Source: Promethearchaeota archaeon
Lineage (GTDB): Archaea > Asgardarchaeota > Lokiarchaeia > Sigyniarchaeales > SOKP01
Direction: 5' to 3'
Assembly: GCA_016839705.1 (NCBI GenBank)
Contig: JAEOTR010000016.1
Coordinates: forward strand, 64,001 to 128,000
Length of the DNA: 64,000 nt
The position numbers and the translations under genes are program-made. The notes under the pieces are model-generated. The model made no database searches. It had not been told where the DNA came from and was given only the letters and a program-made list of their open reading frames with translations. This document shows, one piece after another, positions 41,274 to 50,344 of the stretch; position 1 is the first letter of the stretch, and the number at the start of each line of letters is the position of its first letter.

Positions 41274-41810
41274 ATGTCTAAGAAAGAAGAAATTTTACCA
41301 GATCGGGAATTTGCTTTAAACTTGCTTAGAATGTTAAATATACAGCATTCTATTAGACAACATTCTGAAAAAGTTGCTGGTAAAGCTTTGGAGATTGCAA
41401 ATACAATAACTAAAGCTAAAGTCGATAAGAATTTAATTGAAATAGGATCAATTTTGCATGATATTGGGAGAACAAAAACACATGGATTTGATCATGCATT
41501 AAAAGGTGGAAAAATATTAAGACAAAGAGGATTTTCTGAAAAACTTGCTAGGATTTGTGAGACACATATTTTAGGTGGTTTAGATAAAGAAGATGCTAAA
41601 GAATTTGGTTTACCTGAAAAGGAATACTTGCCAATAACTGTAGAAGAAAAAATTATATGTTTAGCAGATAAATTAATAGCCGGAACAAAAGAAGTTTCAT
41701 TAGAGGAACGATTTGACCGGTGGTTTTCTAAATATGGAAGATCTCCTATTCTCCTCAAATCAAAAAGAAGAATTGAAAAAATCCAAAATGAGCTAGAAAA
41801 TTTAATGTAA
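41274..41810 (+). CDS. HD-domain phosphohydrolase (TIGR00295-like)
   Basis: HSEKV, LHDIGR, H..GG, ETHILGG, EEKIICLADK. Confidence 0.88.
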   Translation: MSKKEEILPDREFALNLLRMLNIQHSIRQHSEKVAGKALEIANTITKAKVDKNLIEIGSILHDIGRTKTHGFDHALKGGKILRQRGFSEKLARICETHILGGLDKEDAKEFGLPEKEYLPITVEEKIICLADKLIAGTKEVSLEERFDRWFSKYGRSPILLKSKRRIEKIQNELENLM

Positions 41811-41824
41811 TTAGGATAATTTTT

Positions 41825-42316
41825 TTATACCTTCTTTTTTAATTGATTTAAGATACCCCCATATTCTAAAATTTTTGTTAAAAATTCTGGTAATTTATTG
41901 AACTCCATCTTGTAGTTTTTAGTTTTGTTAATAATTTCACCCTTTTCTAACACTATTTCTATATAATCACCACGGGAAAAAGATTTTTCATCCCAAATTA
42001 ATTGAATTGCGGGTATACCTAAATTGATTAAATTCCGAAAATAAATTCGAGCAAAAGACTTTGCAATAATTGCTTTAATACCAAGGATTTTAAATACATT
42101 TACGGCCTCCTCTCTAGAACTGCCTGTCCCAAAATTTTCACCTGCAATTATTATATTATACTTCTTAACTTTTTCAACGAAATCTGCATCAATATATTTT
42201 AGGGTATATTTGGCCATTTCATTAGTGTCTCTAATTGTTAACGCGTTACTAGGCACAATATCATCTGTATTAATATCATCTCCTAAAAGATACACATTTC
42301 CTTCAATTTTATTCAT
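41825..42316 (-). CDS. leuD: 3-isopropylmalate dehydratase/homoaconitase small subunit
   Basis: DINTDDI, NFGTGSSRE, SFARIYFRN. Confidence 0.88.
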   Translation of the reverse strand: MNKIEGNVYLLGDDINTDDIVPSNALTIRDTNEMAKYTLKYIDADFVEKVKKYNIIIAGENFGTGSSREEAVNVFKILGIKAIIAKSFARIYFRNLINLGIPAIQLIWDEKSFSRGDYIEIVLEKGEIINKTKNYKMEFNKLPEFLTKILEYGGILNQLKKKV

Positions 42317-42319
42317 TGA

Positions 42320-43585
42320 TTATAAAACCTCCCGAGGATCTGTTATTTCTCCTTTTAACGCAGAAGCAACAACTGTTGCGGGTGACGCTAAGTAAACTTG
42401 AGATTTTGGGGAGCCCATTCTGCCAGTAAAATTTCGATTAGAACTACTAATACATATTTCTTCAGGTCCAAGAACACCCAAATGGCCACCGATACAAGGA
42501 CCACAGGTAGAATGCCCAACAACCGCTCCCGAATTTATAAACACTTCAATTAATCCTTCTTTTAAGGCTTTTTTGTATATCTCTTTAGAAGCGGGAATAA
42601 TAATCAATCGCACTTTTGGGGCTATAGTTTTTCCTTTTAGAATTTTGGCAGCTACACGGAAATCTTCCATTCTACCATTTGTACAACTGCCTAGAAATGC
42701 CTGATCTATTTTAATTCCTTCTACTTCTTCAATGCTTGCAAGATTGCCAGGATTGGATGGTTTTGCCACAACAGGAGTAATCTCTGATAGGTCATAATCG
42801 AAGTTTTTCTCATAGACAGCATCATTATCAGGATGTACAAACTCAAATGGCTCGTTAGTTCTTCTTTTTACCCAACTTTTCAACTTATTATCTGGCAAAA
42901 ATACCCCAAATTTTGCACCTGCTTCTACCACCATATTTGCGATAGTCATACGCCCATCTATAGATAACTCATTCGCACCGTTTCCATGGAACTCAAGAGA
43001 TTTATAAATCGCCCCTTTAGTGGATATATCTCCTATAATTTTTAAAATTATATCTTTTGACATTACACCAGTAGATAGATTTCCTTCAAGGTTTATCTTA
43101 AAAGTTTCAGGTACTTTAAACCATAGTTTTCCAGTAACAAATACAACGGAAACATCAGTAGCACCAATACCCGTAGATAAACAATTAAAAGCGCCATATG
43201 TAGTGGTATGGCTATCTGATCCTACTATTAACATACCAGGACGAGAAAATCCCATCTCCGGTAAAACTTGATGACAAATTCCTTTATCAAGTTGATATCC
43301 ATAATTATGAACAAATTTGTACTTTTCGGCAAAATTTCTCGCATCTTGATGCATTTCAGCAGCAGAAATAGTTGGTGCAGGTACCCAATGATCTAAGATG
43401 AAAAAAATCTTATTTGGATCCCACACATAGTCAATTGCCAGTTTTTCATACTCTTTATGTATTCTCCCTCCTAATTGCTCATGAACCATTATCATATCAA
43501 TTTCACAATTAATAAATTGTCCGGGAGAAATTTCTTTAAGGTTTGAATGATTTAGAAGTATTTTTTCAGCAATTGTATAACTCAG
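42320..43585 (-). CDS. leuC: 3-isopropylmalate dehydratase/homoaconitase large subunit; CTG start
   Basis: DSHTTTYGA, GSCTNGR, CGPCIG, NRNFTGRMG. Frame extends 30 codons upstream of the ORF call (LSYTIAEKILL...PGQFI) to CTG 43585. Confidence 0.9.
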   Translation of the reverse strand: MSYTIAEKILLNHSNLKEISPGQFINCEIDMIMVHEQLGGRIHKEYEKLAIDYVWDPNKIFFILDHWVPAPTISAAEMHQDARNFAEKYKFVHNYGYQLDKGICHQVLPEMGFSRPGMLIVGSDSHTTTYGAFNCLSTGIGATDVSVVFVTGKLWFKVPETFKINLEGNLSTGVMSKDIILKIIGDISTKGAIYKSLEFHGNGANELSIDGRMTIANMVVEAGAKFGVFLPDNKLKSWVKRRTNEPFEFVHPDNDAVYEKNFDYDLSEITPVVAKPSNPGNLASIEEVEGIKIDQAFLGSCTNGRMEDFRVAAKILKGKTIAPKVRLIIIPASKEIYKKALKEGLIEVFINSGAVVGHSTCGPCIGGHLGVLGPEEICISSSNRNFTGRMGSPKSQVYLASPATVVASALKGEITDPREVL

Positions 43586-44871
43586 CTATCTTCACCTTCA
43601 ATTTGTTCATTTTTACATAAAATTTTATAATCTTTATCTAATAATATTAATGCTTTTCGAACTATTAAATAAGCTTCTAATAAGACTTCTGGGTCAACTT
43701 TATCTGGTGTGTCAAATTTGCTATGGGTAAATTTTGCTCCTGCTCTCGTAATGAGATCGATAGAATAAAAACCTCTTTGATGAAATGGGACAGAGTCAGT
43801 ATGTGCTCCAACGGTTGAATGAAATCCTTTTACATTTACACCTTCTTCTAATGCTGCTTTATTCATATAGTTACTGAGCAAAGGAGCTATTATCTTTCTT
43901 GGGTAAATCCCATATGATTTAAAAAATTCGACTTGATTATTCAATCGATCTTTACATGAAATCATTTCTAAATTTATTTGAAATGTGTTCCCTTTAGTAT
44001 ACTTGTCTTCATGGTTATTCACAAAAATCCTTGATCCCATTGTTCCTAATTCTTCAGCTGAAAATTGACAGAACCAAAGGTTAAAATTCTTAGTAGGGTT
44101 TTTTCGGAAATGTCTACTTAATTCAAAAACAATTGCCATCCCTGTAGCATTATCCAATGCTCCTGGGGAATTGTTATTAGTGTTAAGAAATAATAAAAAG
44201 AGATTTGATAGTGATACCATAATTGTAAATACCCAAATTCCAGTACTGACAATAATGAAATTTAATTTTAAGGGCGTATAAATATGGATGATCAAAACAA
44301 ATAAGAACCCGCCAAGAAAAATCCCGCTGTATAACCAAACTCGATAAAGAAGGACCCTCCAATAAGTTCGAAATGTTTGAGATTTGGAATCTAAGTGCCC
44401 TGAGATGATTATATTTCCAGCATCCTCTTGAGATAGATTATTGGCAGGAACTTTTACAAATATATTTGTTGCATCTCTCGTTTTTCCGTAATATTCTCCC
44501 CAAAAACCAGGATTCTCTGGATGCTTTAATCCCTTAATAATTAATAAAACAACGATGGTCATTACTCCGACTATTAACATAGCAATAGTGAAATTGACAT
44601 AGATAAACATTAAGAGAAATAAGGAAAATGTTAAATTAATAACCATTATTAATTTAACCAATGTTGTTGAGTAGAAATCGGAAAACTCAAATGGTTCTTT
44701 TTGTATTTGGGTAGATTCAAATCCTATTTCTTGAAATGTCTTGATAGTGAGTTTAACAGCCTCTTTCTCTCCCTCTGTTCCCGCTAAACGAGGAAAGCTA
44801 AATTTGTTTACTAAATTCGATAACCTTTCGAAATTTTCACTCTTATTCTGACTTGAACTCTCTTGCTTCAA
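43582..44871 (-). CDS. M28 family metallopeptidase with membrane insertions
   Basis: GHLDS, GALDNATG, AEELG, TDSVPF, HSKFDT. Confidence 0.88.
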   Translation of the reverse strand: MKQESSSQNKSENFERLSNLVNKFSFPRLAGTEGEKEAVKLTIKTFQEIGFESTQIQKEPFEFSDFYSTTLVKLIMVINLTFSLFLLMFIYVNFTIAMLIVGVMTIVVLLIIKGLKHPENPGFWGEYYGKTRDATNIFVKVPANNLSQEDAGNIIISGHLDSKSQTFRTYWRVLLYRVWLYSGIFLGGFLFVLIIHIYTPLKLNFIIVSTGIWVFTIMVSLSNLFLLFLNTNNNSPGALDNATGMAIVFELSRHFRKNPTKNFNLWFCQFSAEELGTMGSRIFVNNHEDKYTKGNTFQINLEMISCKDRLNNQVEFFKSYGIYPRKIIAPLLSNYMNKAALEEGVNVKGFHSTVGAHTDSVPFHQRGFYSIDLITRAGAKFTHSKFDTPDKVDPEVLLEAYLIVRKALILLDKDYKILCKNEQIEGEDS

Positions 44872-44967
44872 TTTTAATCGAGGTTTTTGCGCTTATTTTA
44901 ATAAAACTTTTCCAATACTTATAGTAATTAGATTTATTTATGGATTTTTATTTAAATTTATAATCTT

Positions 44968-45570
44968 TCACAAGTTTCTTAGGTTATCCAAAACAATCTT
45001 TTGGATCTTCTCTTGGACTAATTCTATAATATCATCAGAACTAATAGTGTAATAATCTTCTTGCTTAGCACGAGTTAGATAAAGGTTTCTCACTTTTTCA
45101 AGAAATTCAAAGTCTTCAAATTTTTCTAGCTGTTCTTCATTTTTACGAGCTAAAGCAATTTTAGGATCAACATCTAAAATTATTGTTAGATCAGGTTGTC
45201 CTACAAATTTATTTAGCTGTTTTATCCATTCAATAGAAATATTTTCTGATTGAATAGATTGATATATTATAGATGATTCTAAATAACGATCTGAGATTAC
45301 AATATATCCTTCATCTAGTTTTATCTTTATTTCATTATGATAATGAAGATCCCTATCCGCAGCAAATAATAAGGCATCGGTGGAGGGAGGAATTTCTTTG
45401 TTTTTCAAGAATTTTCTTAAAATTTTTCCTATTTCACTTTTTGAGGGTTCGTGAGTTAAATATACCTTAAAGCCTTTATACTCTAAAAACCCTTTTAAAA
45501 GTTGACTATGTGTGCTAGTTCCAGATCCATCCCCACCATCTAAAACTATAAAATAAGCCTTATGTGTCAA
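44968..45570 (-). CDS. tmk: Thymidylate kinase
   Basis: DGGDGSGTST, HEPS, LLFAADR, DRYLESSIIYQ. Confidence 0.92.
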   Translation of the reverse strand: MTHKAYFIVLDGGDGSGTSTHSQLLKGFLEYKGFKVYLTHEPSKSEIGKILRKFLKNKEIPPSTDALLFAADRDLHYHNEIKIKLDEGYIVISDRYLESSIIYQSIQSENISIEWIKQLNKFVGQPDLTIILDVDPKIALARKNEEQLEKFEDFEFLEKVRNLYLTRAKQEDYYTISSDDIIELVQEKIQKIVLDNLRNL

Positions 45571-45774
45571 AGTGATTTGTATTCAATAAATAATTAATAT
45601 TTCAAGAGAATATGAATCATAAGTAATTATTAATTTTAATGTTAATTAACTCAACATGGGAACAACTAACAATTAGAGTATTATAGAGCATTTAAATCCA
45701 AAAAAATATCAGTCTACCAAAAAGATTAAAATGATTGAATATTTTAAACAAAAATAAATTAACCAAATCTGAAA

Positions 45775-46122
45775 ATGTCAACTAGTAATCCTACCGCCTT
45801 TTGTCCGCGTTGCAATCAACAAGTTTTATTAGCCCGTAAACAATTTGACACCTGTCTAGCGATAGTATTATTAGTTTTTACAGTAATTGGCTTTTTTATC
45901 TATCTGGCTGTCTATTATAGTAATACTGAAGACAGATGCGTGCATTGTGGCACACAAATCACTTTCTCACAATCAGCCGTACAATATCAAACACCTCAAG
46001 CTCAATATCAAACATCTCAAGTACCACCTGCTTCAAGTACGCTTAATTACTGCCCATTATGTGGGGAAAAATTAGACACTCAAGTAAAGTTCTGTCCAAA
46101 TTGTGGTGGCAAAATAATATAG
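45775..46122 (+). CDS. LITAF-like zinc-ribbon membrane protein with C-terminal double zinc ribbon
   Basis: CPRC - hydrophobic segment - CVHC, then CPLC...CPNC. Confidence 0.7.
   Translation: MSTSNPTAFCPRCNQQVLLARKQFDTCLAIVLLVFTVIGFFIYLAVYYSNTEDRCVHCGTQITFSQSAVQYQTPQAQYQTSQVPPASSTLNYCPLCGEKLDTQVKFCPNCGGKII
45982..46023 (+). repeat. Two-copy 21-bp intragenic tandem repeat (QYQTPQA/QYQTSQV)
   Basis: caatatcaaacacctcaagct / caatatcaaacatctcaagta. Confidence 0.75.
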
Positions 46123-46267
46123 GATTTAATTTTAAGTGATATTTTGCTTTTTAGCCATTATCCCTCAAGTACCAAGAAAATATTCCTTTCAAAAATTGGA
46201 CTCGAGATCTTTTTAGTATCCTTTTTCTTTTCATTGAATTAACTAATAAGAAAAAAAAGGTAAAAAA

Positions 46268-46642
46268 ATGTCATTAATGTATTGTCCGAAATGTAAAATG
46301 AATGTCGAGACAAAAAAAGAGGATTTTAGAGTCGGTTTAGCCATAATACTAATTATATTTACGGGAGGTCTTGGATTACTGATATATGTTGCTATATATC
46401 TAGATAAAAACAATAATCGTTGTATTCATTGTAATAGTGTTTGCAATGCTCAGCTAGTTAACAATCAATCAAATTCAAATTACCGATTGATTAGTAGTTC
46501 TAATCAGATATCAAGTCAAAAGGCTGTAGTACAGACTCAATTAGTTGAGGGTCCCATTAAATATTGTTTTAGTTGTGGTGTTGAGCTAGATCCGAGAGAA
46601 GAAGCTAAATTTTGCAGATTTTGTGGGACTAATATTAATTAA
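46268..46642 (+). CDS. LITAF-like zinc-ribbon membrane protein (tandem paralogue)
   Basis: CPKC - hydrophobic segment - CIHC, then CFSC...CRFC. Confidence 0.7.
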   Translation: MSLMYCPKCKMNVETKKEDFRVGLAIILIIFTGGLGLLIYVAIYLDKNNNRCIHCNSVCNAQLVNNQSNSNYRLISSSNQISSQKAVVQTQLVEGPIKYCFSCGVELDPREEAKFCRFCGTNIN

Positions 46643-46705
46643 ATTTAAATCTCTTTTTATTCTTTTTTTAAACTTCTTGAACTTAACAATTAGGATTAAT
46701 GTTTT

Positions 46706-47911
46706 TCACTTTTTTAAATTGTCTTTAATTGATTTTAAAATTGTAGATTCAACAGGTGTGCACCCTTTTATAAATGTTCCATTCTCTTCTAAATTAGAGG
46801 TACAATTTCCAATGAGAAAAGTATCTGAGTAAAGATCTGATTGTTTTATCCCCTTACCTATTGCTAAATTCAGGGGATTTTCAGGAGTGAAATTTTCATC
46901 AATAAATTTTTTATTATTTTTTAGTAAATTAAATACTGTTGATAAACAAGCGGAACATGAATCAATATCAATAAGATTAACATTTTTATATTTTATCGTA
47001 ATTGAAGTTGGGGGGGGTTCTAATGGATTTAAAAATTGATCTATATTTTGAGGTATGGTTTTAATATCATCTTGCGTTTTTGGCATGCCTTGTATTGATT
47101 CTGAGATTAATTTTAAATGGGGAACTTCCTTTAGAGTCCACTCTGGCTGCGTCAATGCAAGAGCTATGATGTCTGCTGCAAGAAAGTTTGTTGATGCAAT
47201 TATAGTGTCCATCCTTACACAATTCCCCGAAGATGGGCCCATTCCTTCTTGGACATAAGATGCGTCTATAATAACTAAGTTAGGTTTTATTATATGTGCA
47301 AGATCTGCTATGGCTACATCTAATTCCTTGACGTTTTCCATTGTATTTTTAATTTGGTTTATTAAGTCAGAATTTTGGAGGTGATGCAAAGAAATTTTCT
47401 CCCTCCTATAAATTAATCCTTTTAAGTTTTTGAAGCTTAAGGAGGCACCAGTATGCATATGCATTTTAAGTACAGGGATTGATATGATATAATCAATATC
47501 GTTCCAGTAACCTGATAATTTTATTTCTTTTAACAGTTTACCTTTGGGGATCTTCTTTAGGGTTGGGGGGCGTTCATCTAAATCTAAGAAACTAAGTTCT
47601 CTCTCTCCTAATAACTTAGAGTAACCTGAATTTTTGAATGCGGTTTGGGAATTAGTATTAATGATTGGAGAATCACCTATAAAAAATTTAGCGTTATATC
47701 GTTCCTTTATGTAAGTATAAACTGCGGATACCACATCAGGGTTTGTATTAATACCTGATCGCGGTTCGGCATCTCTTCCGACATTAGGTTTTAACAGAAC
47801 GTTCTTCCCCGTCATATCTGGGATGTTAAGGTTATCAAGACATGATATTACTGCTTCATGAATATTCTTATTTCGAGCTAGTGAAACAACCGGTATATCT
47901 TCTTTTAGCAT
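46706..47911 (-). CDS. DUF362 family Fe-S protein
   Basis: VLLKPN, PVLKMH, KNLKG, EGMGP, CSAC, GNC, KGCTP. Confidence 0.85.
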   Translation of the reverse strand: MLKEDIPVVSLARNKNIHEAVISCLDNLNIPDMTGKNVLLKPNVGRDAEPRSGINTNPDVVSAVYTYIKERYNAKFFIGDSPIINTNSQTAFKNSGYSKLLGERELSFLDLDERPPTLKKIPKGKLLKEIKLSGYWNDIDYIISIPVLKMHMHTGASLSFKNLKGLIYRREKISLHHLQNSDLINQIKNTMENVKELDVAIADLAHIIKPNLVIIDASYVQEGMGPSSGNCVRMDTIIASTNFLAADIIALALTQPEWTLKEVPHLKLISESIQGMPKTQDDIKTIPQNIDQFLNPLEPPPTSITIKYKNVNLIDIDSCSACLSTVFNLLKNNKKFIDENFTPENPLNLAIGKGIKQSDLYSDTFLIGNCTSNLEENGTFIKGCTPVESTILKSIKDNLKK

Positions 47912-48780
47912 TATTTTATCCCCAAAAACTCAATAATCTTCTTCTTCATTAGACTTCTATTAGGTCTATGATTTGTCCACCATTCAAACGCTAATATTCC
48001 TTGATTAACAAGCATATCTAACCCCCCTAGTGTTTGACATCCAATTTCTGCTGCTTCCTTCATCAATCTTGTCTCTAGGGGATTATAAACAACATCAAAT
48101 ACAAAAAGATCTCCATGGAGCGAATTTTTTATTATGGGACTTTCTTCTACATTTGGATACATCCCAATCGGGGTTGCATTGATAAGAATATCTGCTTTCT
48201 TCAAGCCTTCGTTAATATTTTTATCATTACTTATTTTTCCTTCAACATCTGCATTCATATTTTCTTCTATTTCATTAGCGATTGAAATTGCTCTTTCTTT
48301 AATCAAATCGGTTAATGTTATATGATTGGCTTCTTCTGCCATAATATAAGCCAAAGACCTAGCAACACCACCTGATCCTAAAAAAAAAATATTCTTTCCA
48401 GATACATTACAACCCGCATCTATAAGAGCCTTTTTAGCACCGCTTGCATCAGTATTTCTTGCTTTTAAAATTCCTTCTTCGTTTTTTATTGTATTTATCG
48501 CTCCTATTTTTAATGCAATTGGATCAATTTCGTCTAAGTGTTTAATGACAGTTTCCTTATGAGGTATTGTGACATTAATTCCTTTAATATCTAAAGCTCT
48601 TATACCTTTGATGGCTTTTTCAAGTTCATTTGGGTGAACATCAAAAGCTAAGTACACGTAATCAAGTCCTAATTCGTGAAGGGCAGGATTCCACATTATA
48701 GGAGACATACTATGTTCTATAGGATGCCCTATAACACAAAAAATCTTGGTTTTTGAAGTAATAAGTTTATCAGATGACAT
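47911..48780 (-). CDS. aroE: Shikimate dehydrogenase
   Basis: GHPIEHSMSP, NVTIPHK, GAINT, NTD, NATPIGM, GLDMLVNQG. Confidence 0.95.
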   Translation of the reverse strand: MSSDKLITSKTKIFCVIGHPIEHSMSPIMWNPALHELGLDYVYLAFDVHPNELEKAIKGIRALDIKGINVTIPHKETVIKHLDEIDPIALKIGAINTIKNEEGILKARNTDASGAKKALIDAGCNVSGKNIFFLGSGGVARSLAYIMAEEANHITLTDLIKERAISIANEIEENMNADVEGKISNDKNINEGLKKADILINATPIGMYPNVEESPIIKNSLHGDLFVFDVVYNPLETRLMKEAAEIGCQTLGGLDMLVNQGILAFEWWTNHRPNRSLMKKKIIEFLGIK

Positions 48781-48885
48781 CCTTAAAGCAGAAGTTTTAT
48801 ATTTTATTTAATAATATGTTTAAGAAAAAATGTAATATATAATTATTTAGCTAATATCAAGGAACAATAGGAGGAAAATAAGAAG

Positions 48886-49452
48886 ATGAGTAAAATATCT
48901 TTAAGCCCGGGATACTCCACTTTCCCTATGCCAGCAGCAGTTATTTCTGTGGGTACAGGAGATGAAGCCAATTTAATTACTCTTGCCTATGTTGGAAAAG
49001 TGTGCTCAAAACCACCAATTATTGCTATATCTATACAACCGATACGTCACTCTTATCATATAATAGAAAAACTTGGAGAATTTGTAATCAATTACCCAAC
49101 CATCAATCAGTTAAGAGAAATGGATTATTGTGGTACGAGATCTGGGAGAAATGTGAATAAATGGAAAGAGTTAAATTTAACAAAAGAAAAAGCATCAGTT
49201 GTAAGTGTGCCTTTAGTAAAGGAATTCCCTTGGAATATGGAATGCAAGGTTGTTAATAGAATAGAACTTGGTACTCATGTATGTTATTTTGGGGAAGTGG
49301 TGGCGGTTCATTCTGATGAAGAGTATGTTAAAAATGGTTCACTGGATCCTGACAAATTTAATTTTTTCGCTTATATTTCAGGTATCTATATTGCTTTGAA
49401 TAAAGGAGCAATAGAAAGGCATGGATTTTCATTATCAAAACCTTTAGAATGA
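48886..49452 (+). CDS. Flavin reductase-like FMN-binding protein
   Basis: GEFVINYP, CGTRSGR, ECKV...GTH. Confidence 0.88.
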   Translation: MSKISLSPGYSTFPMPAAVISVGTGDEANLITLAYVGKVCSKPPIIAISIQPIRHSYHIIEKLGEFVINYPTINQLREMDYCGTRSGRNVNKWKELNLTKEKASVVSVPLVKEFPWNMECKVVNRIELGTHVCYFGEVVAVHSDEEYVKNGSLDPDKFNFFAYISGIYIALNKGAIERHGFSLSKPLE

Positions 49453-49465
49453 TCTCTATAATTAT

Positions 49466-50020
49466 TTGAATAATAAAGTTAGAAGAATTATGTCTAAAAG
49501 TAATATCGCGCTAATTGGGTTTATGGCAACAGGGAAAACTACAGTAGGGAAGGCACTGGTAGATTATCTAGGAAGCCCATACTCCTTCATTGAAACAGAC
49601 CAAATAATAATAGAGAATGTTGGAAAGGATATCCCAAAGATTTTTGCAGAAGAAGGTGAAAATAAATTTCGGGAATATGAAATATCTGCATGTAAACAAG
49701 TTTCCTTATTAAAAAATGTTGTGATTTCATGCGGGGGTGGCGTTGTGTTAAACAAGGTAAATATTGATAATCTAAAGAAGAATTGCTATATTATGTTATT
49801 AAAAGCATCGACCCAAGAGATATACACTAGAGCTATGAAGGATGGAAAGGAAACTAGACCTATTATTAATAAAGAAGATCCCAAAAGTGAAATAGAGGAT
49901 GTTCTAAAATTCCGGAATCCCTTATACAATAGTGCTGCAGATTTTGTTATTGAAACAACTGGTAAGAAAATTAGTGATATTGTTATAGAGATTGTTAAAA
50001 AAACCCATCTAAAAACCTAA
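49466..50020 (+). CDS. aroK: Shikimate kinase, bacterial P-loop type
   Basis: GFMATGKTTVG, GENKFR, SCGGGVV, RP, R..LY. Likely start is the Met of MSKSN. Confidence 0.92.
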   Translation: MNNKVRRIMSKSNIALIGFMATGKTTVGKALVDYLGSPYSFIETDQIIIENVGKDIPKIFAEEGENKFREYEISACKQVSLLKNVVISCGGGVVLNKVNIDNLKKNCYIMLLKASTQEIYTRAMKDGKETRPIINKEDPKSEIEDVLKFRNPLYNSAADFVIETTGKKISDIVIEIVKKTHLKT

Positions 50021-50027
50021 ATTTAAA

Positions 50028-50035
50028 TTTATAAA
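50028..50035 (+). promoter_or_regulatory. TATA-box candidate for the intron-containing zinc-ribbon gene
   Basis: TTTATAAA about 42 nt upstream of ATG 50077. Confidence 0.45.
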
Positions 50036-50076
50036 GCCTACTAATATTGTATAAAACATGGTTAAGAGTAAAGATT

Positions 50077-50285
50077 ATGACGGAATATAAAAGGACTAAA
50101 TGCCCAAAATGTAACAATGAGAATCCACGCATGCTCCATGATGAACCCGATAAGAGTAATATTCTTTACTACAGTATTGAAAACGTTATTTAAACTTTTC
50201 GCTGAAGCAGGGAACACCAGTTTATGCGCGAATCATAAAATGTGGCGATTGCGGAAACACATTTTCAAAATCTGCCCCAGCTTAA
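50077..50285 (+). CDS. Small zinc-ribbon protein (59 aa) split by a 29-nt BHB intron: join(50077..50177,50207..50285)
   Basis: Spliced product MTEYKRTKCPKCNNENPRMLHDEPDKSNILYYSMQGTPVYARIIKCGDCGNTFSKSAPA. CPKC and CGDC lie in different frames unless 50178-50206 is removed. A T-rich tract follows the stop. Confidence 0.8.
50178..50206 (+). other. Predicted archaeal bulge-helix-bulge intron in an mRNA (29 nt)
   Basis: Central helix CAGT(50172-75)/GCTG(50201-04); bulges AT^T and AA^G; inner stem GAAAA/TTTTC plus GTT/AAC; contains in-frame TAA (50191-93). Confidence 0.78.
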
Positions 50286-50344
50286 CATTCTAAAAAAAGA
50301 TTACTCTTTCTTTTTTTAATTCTTATTTATTTAAGTGAAAGAAG

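Noticed and set aside
50058-50090. Short uORF MVKSKDYDGI* overlapping the zinc-ribbon start
   Set aside because: Only ten codons, with no supporting evidence.
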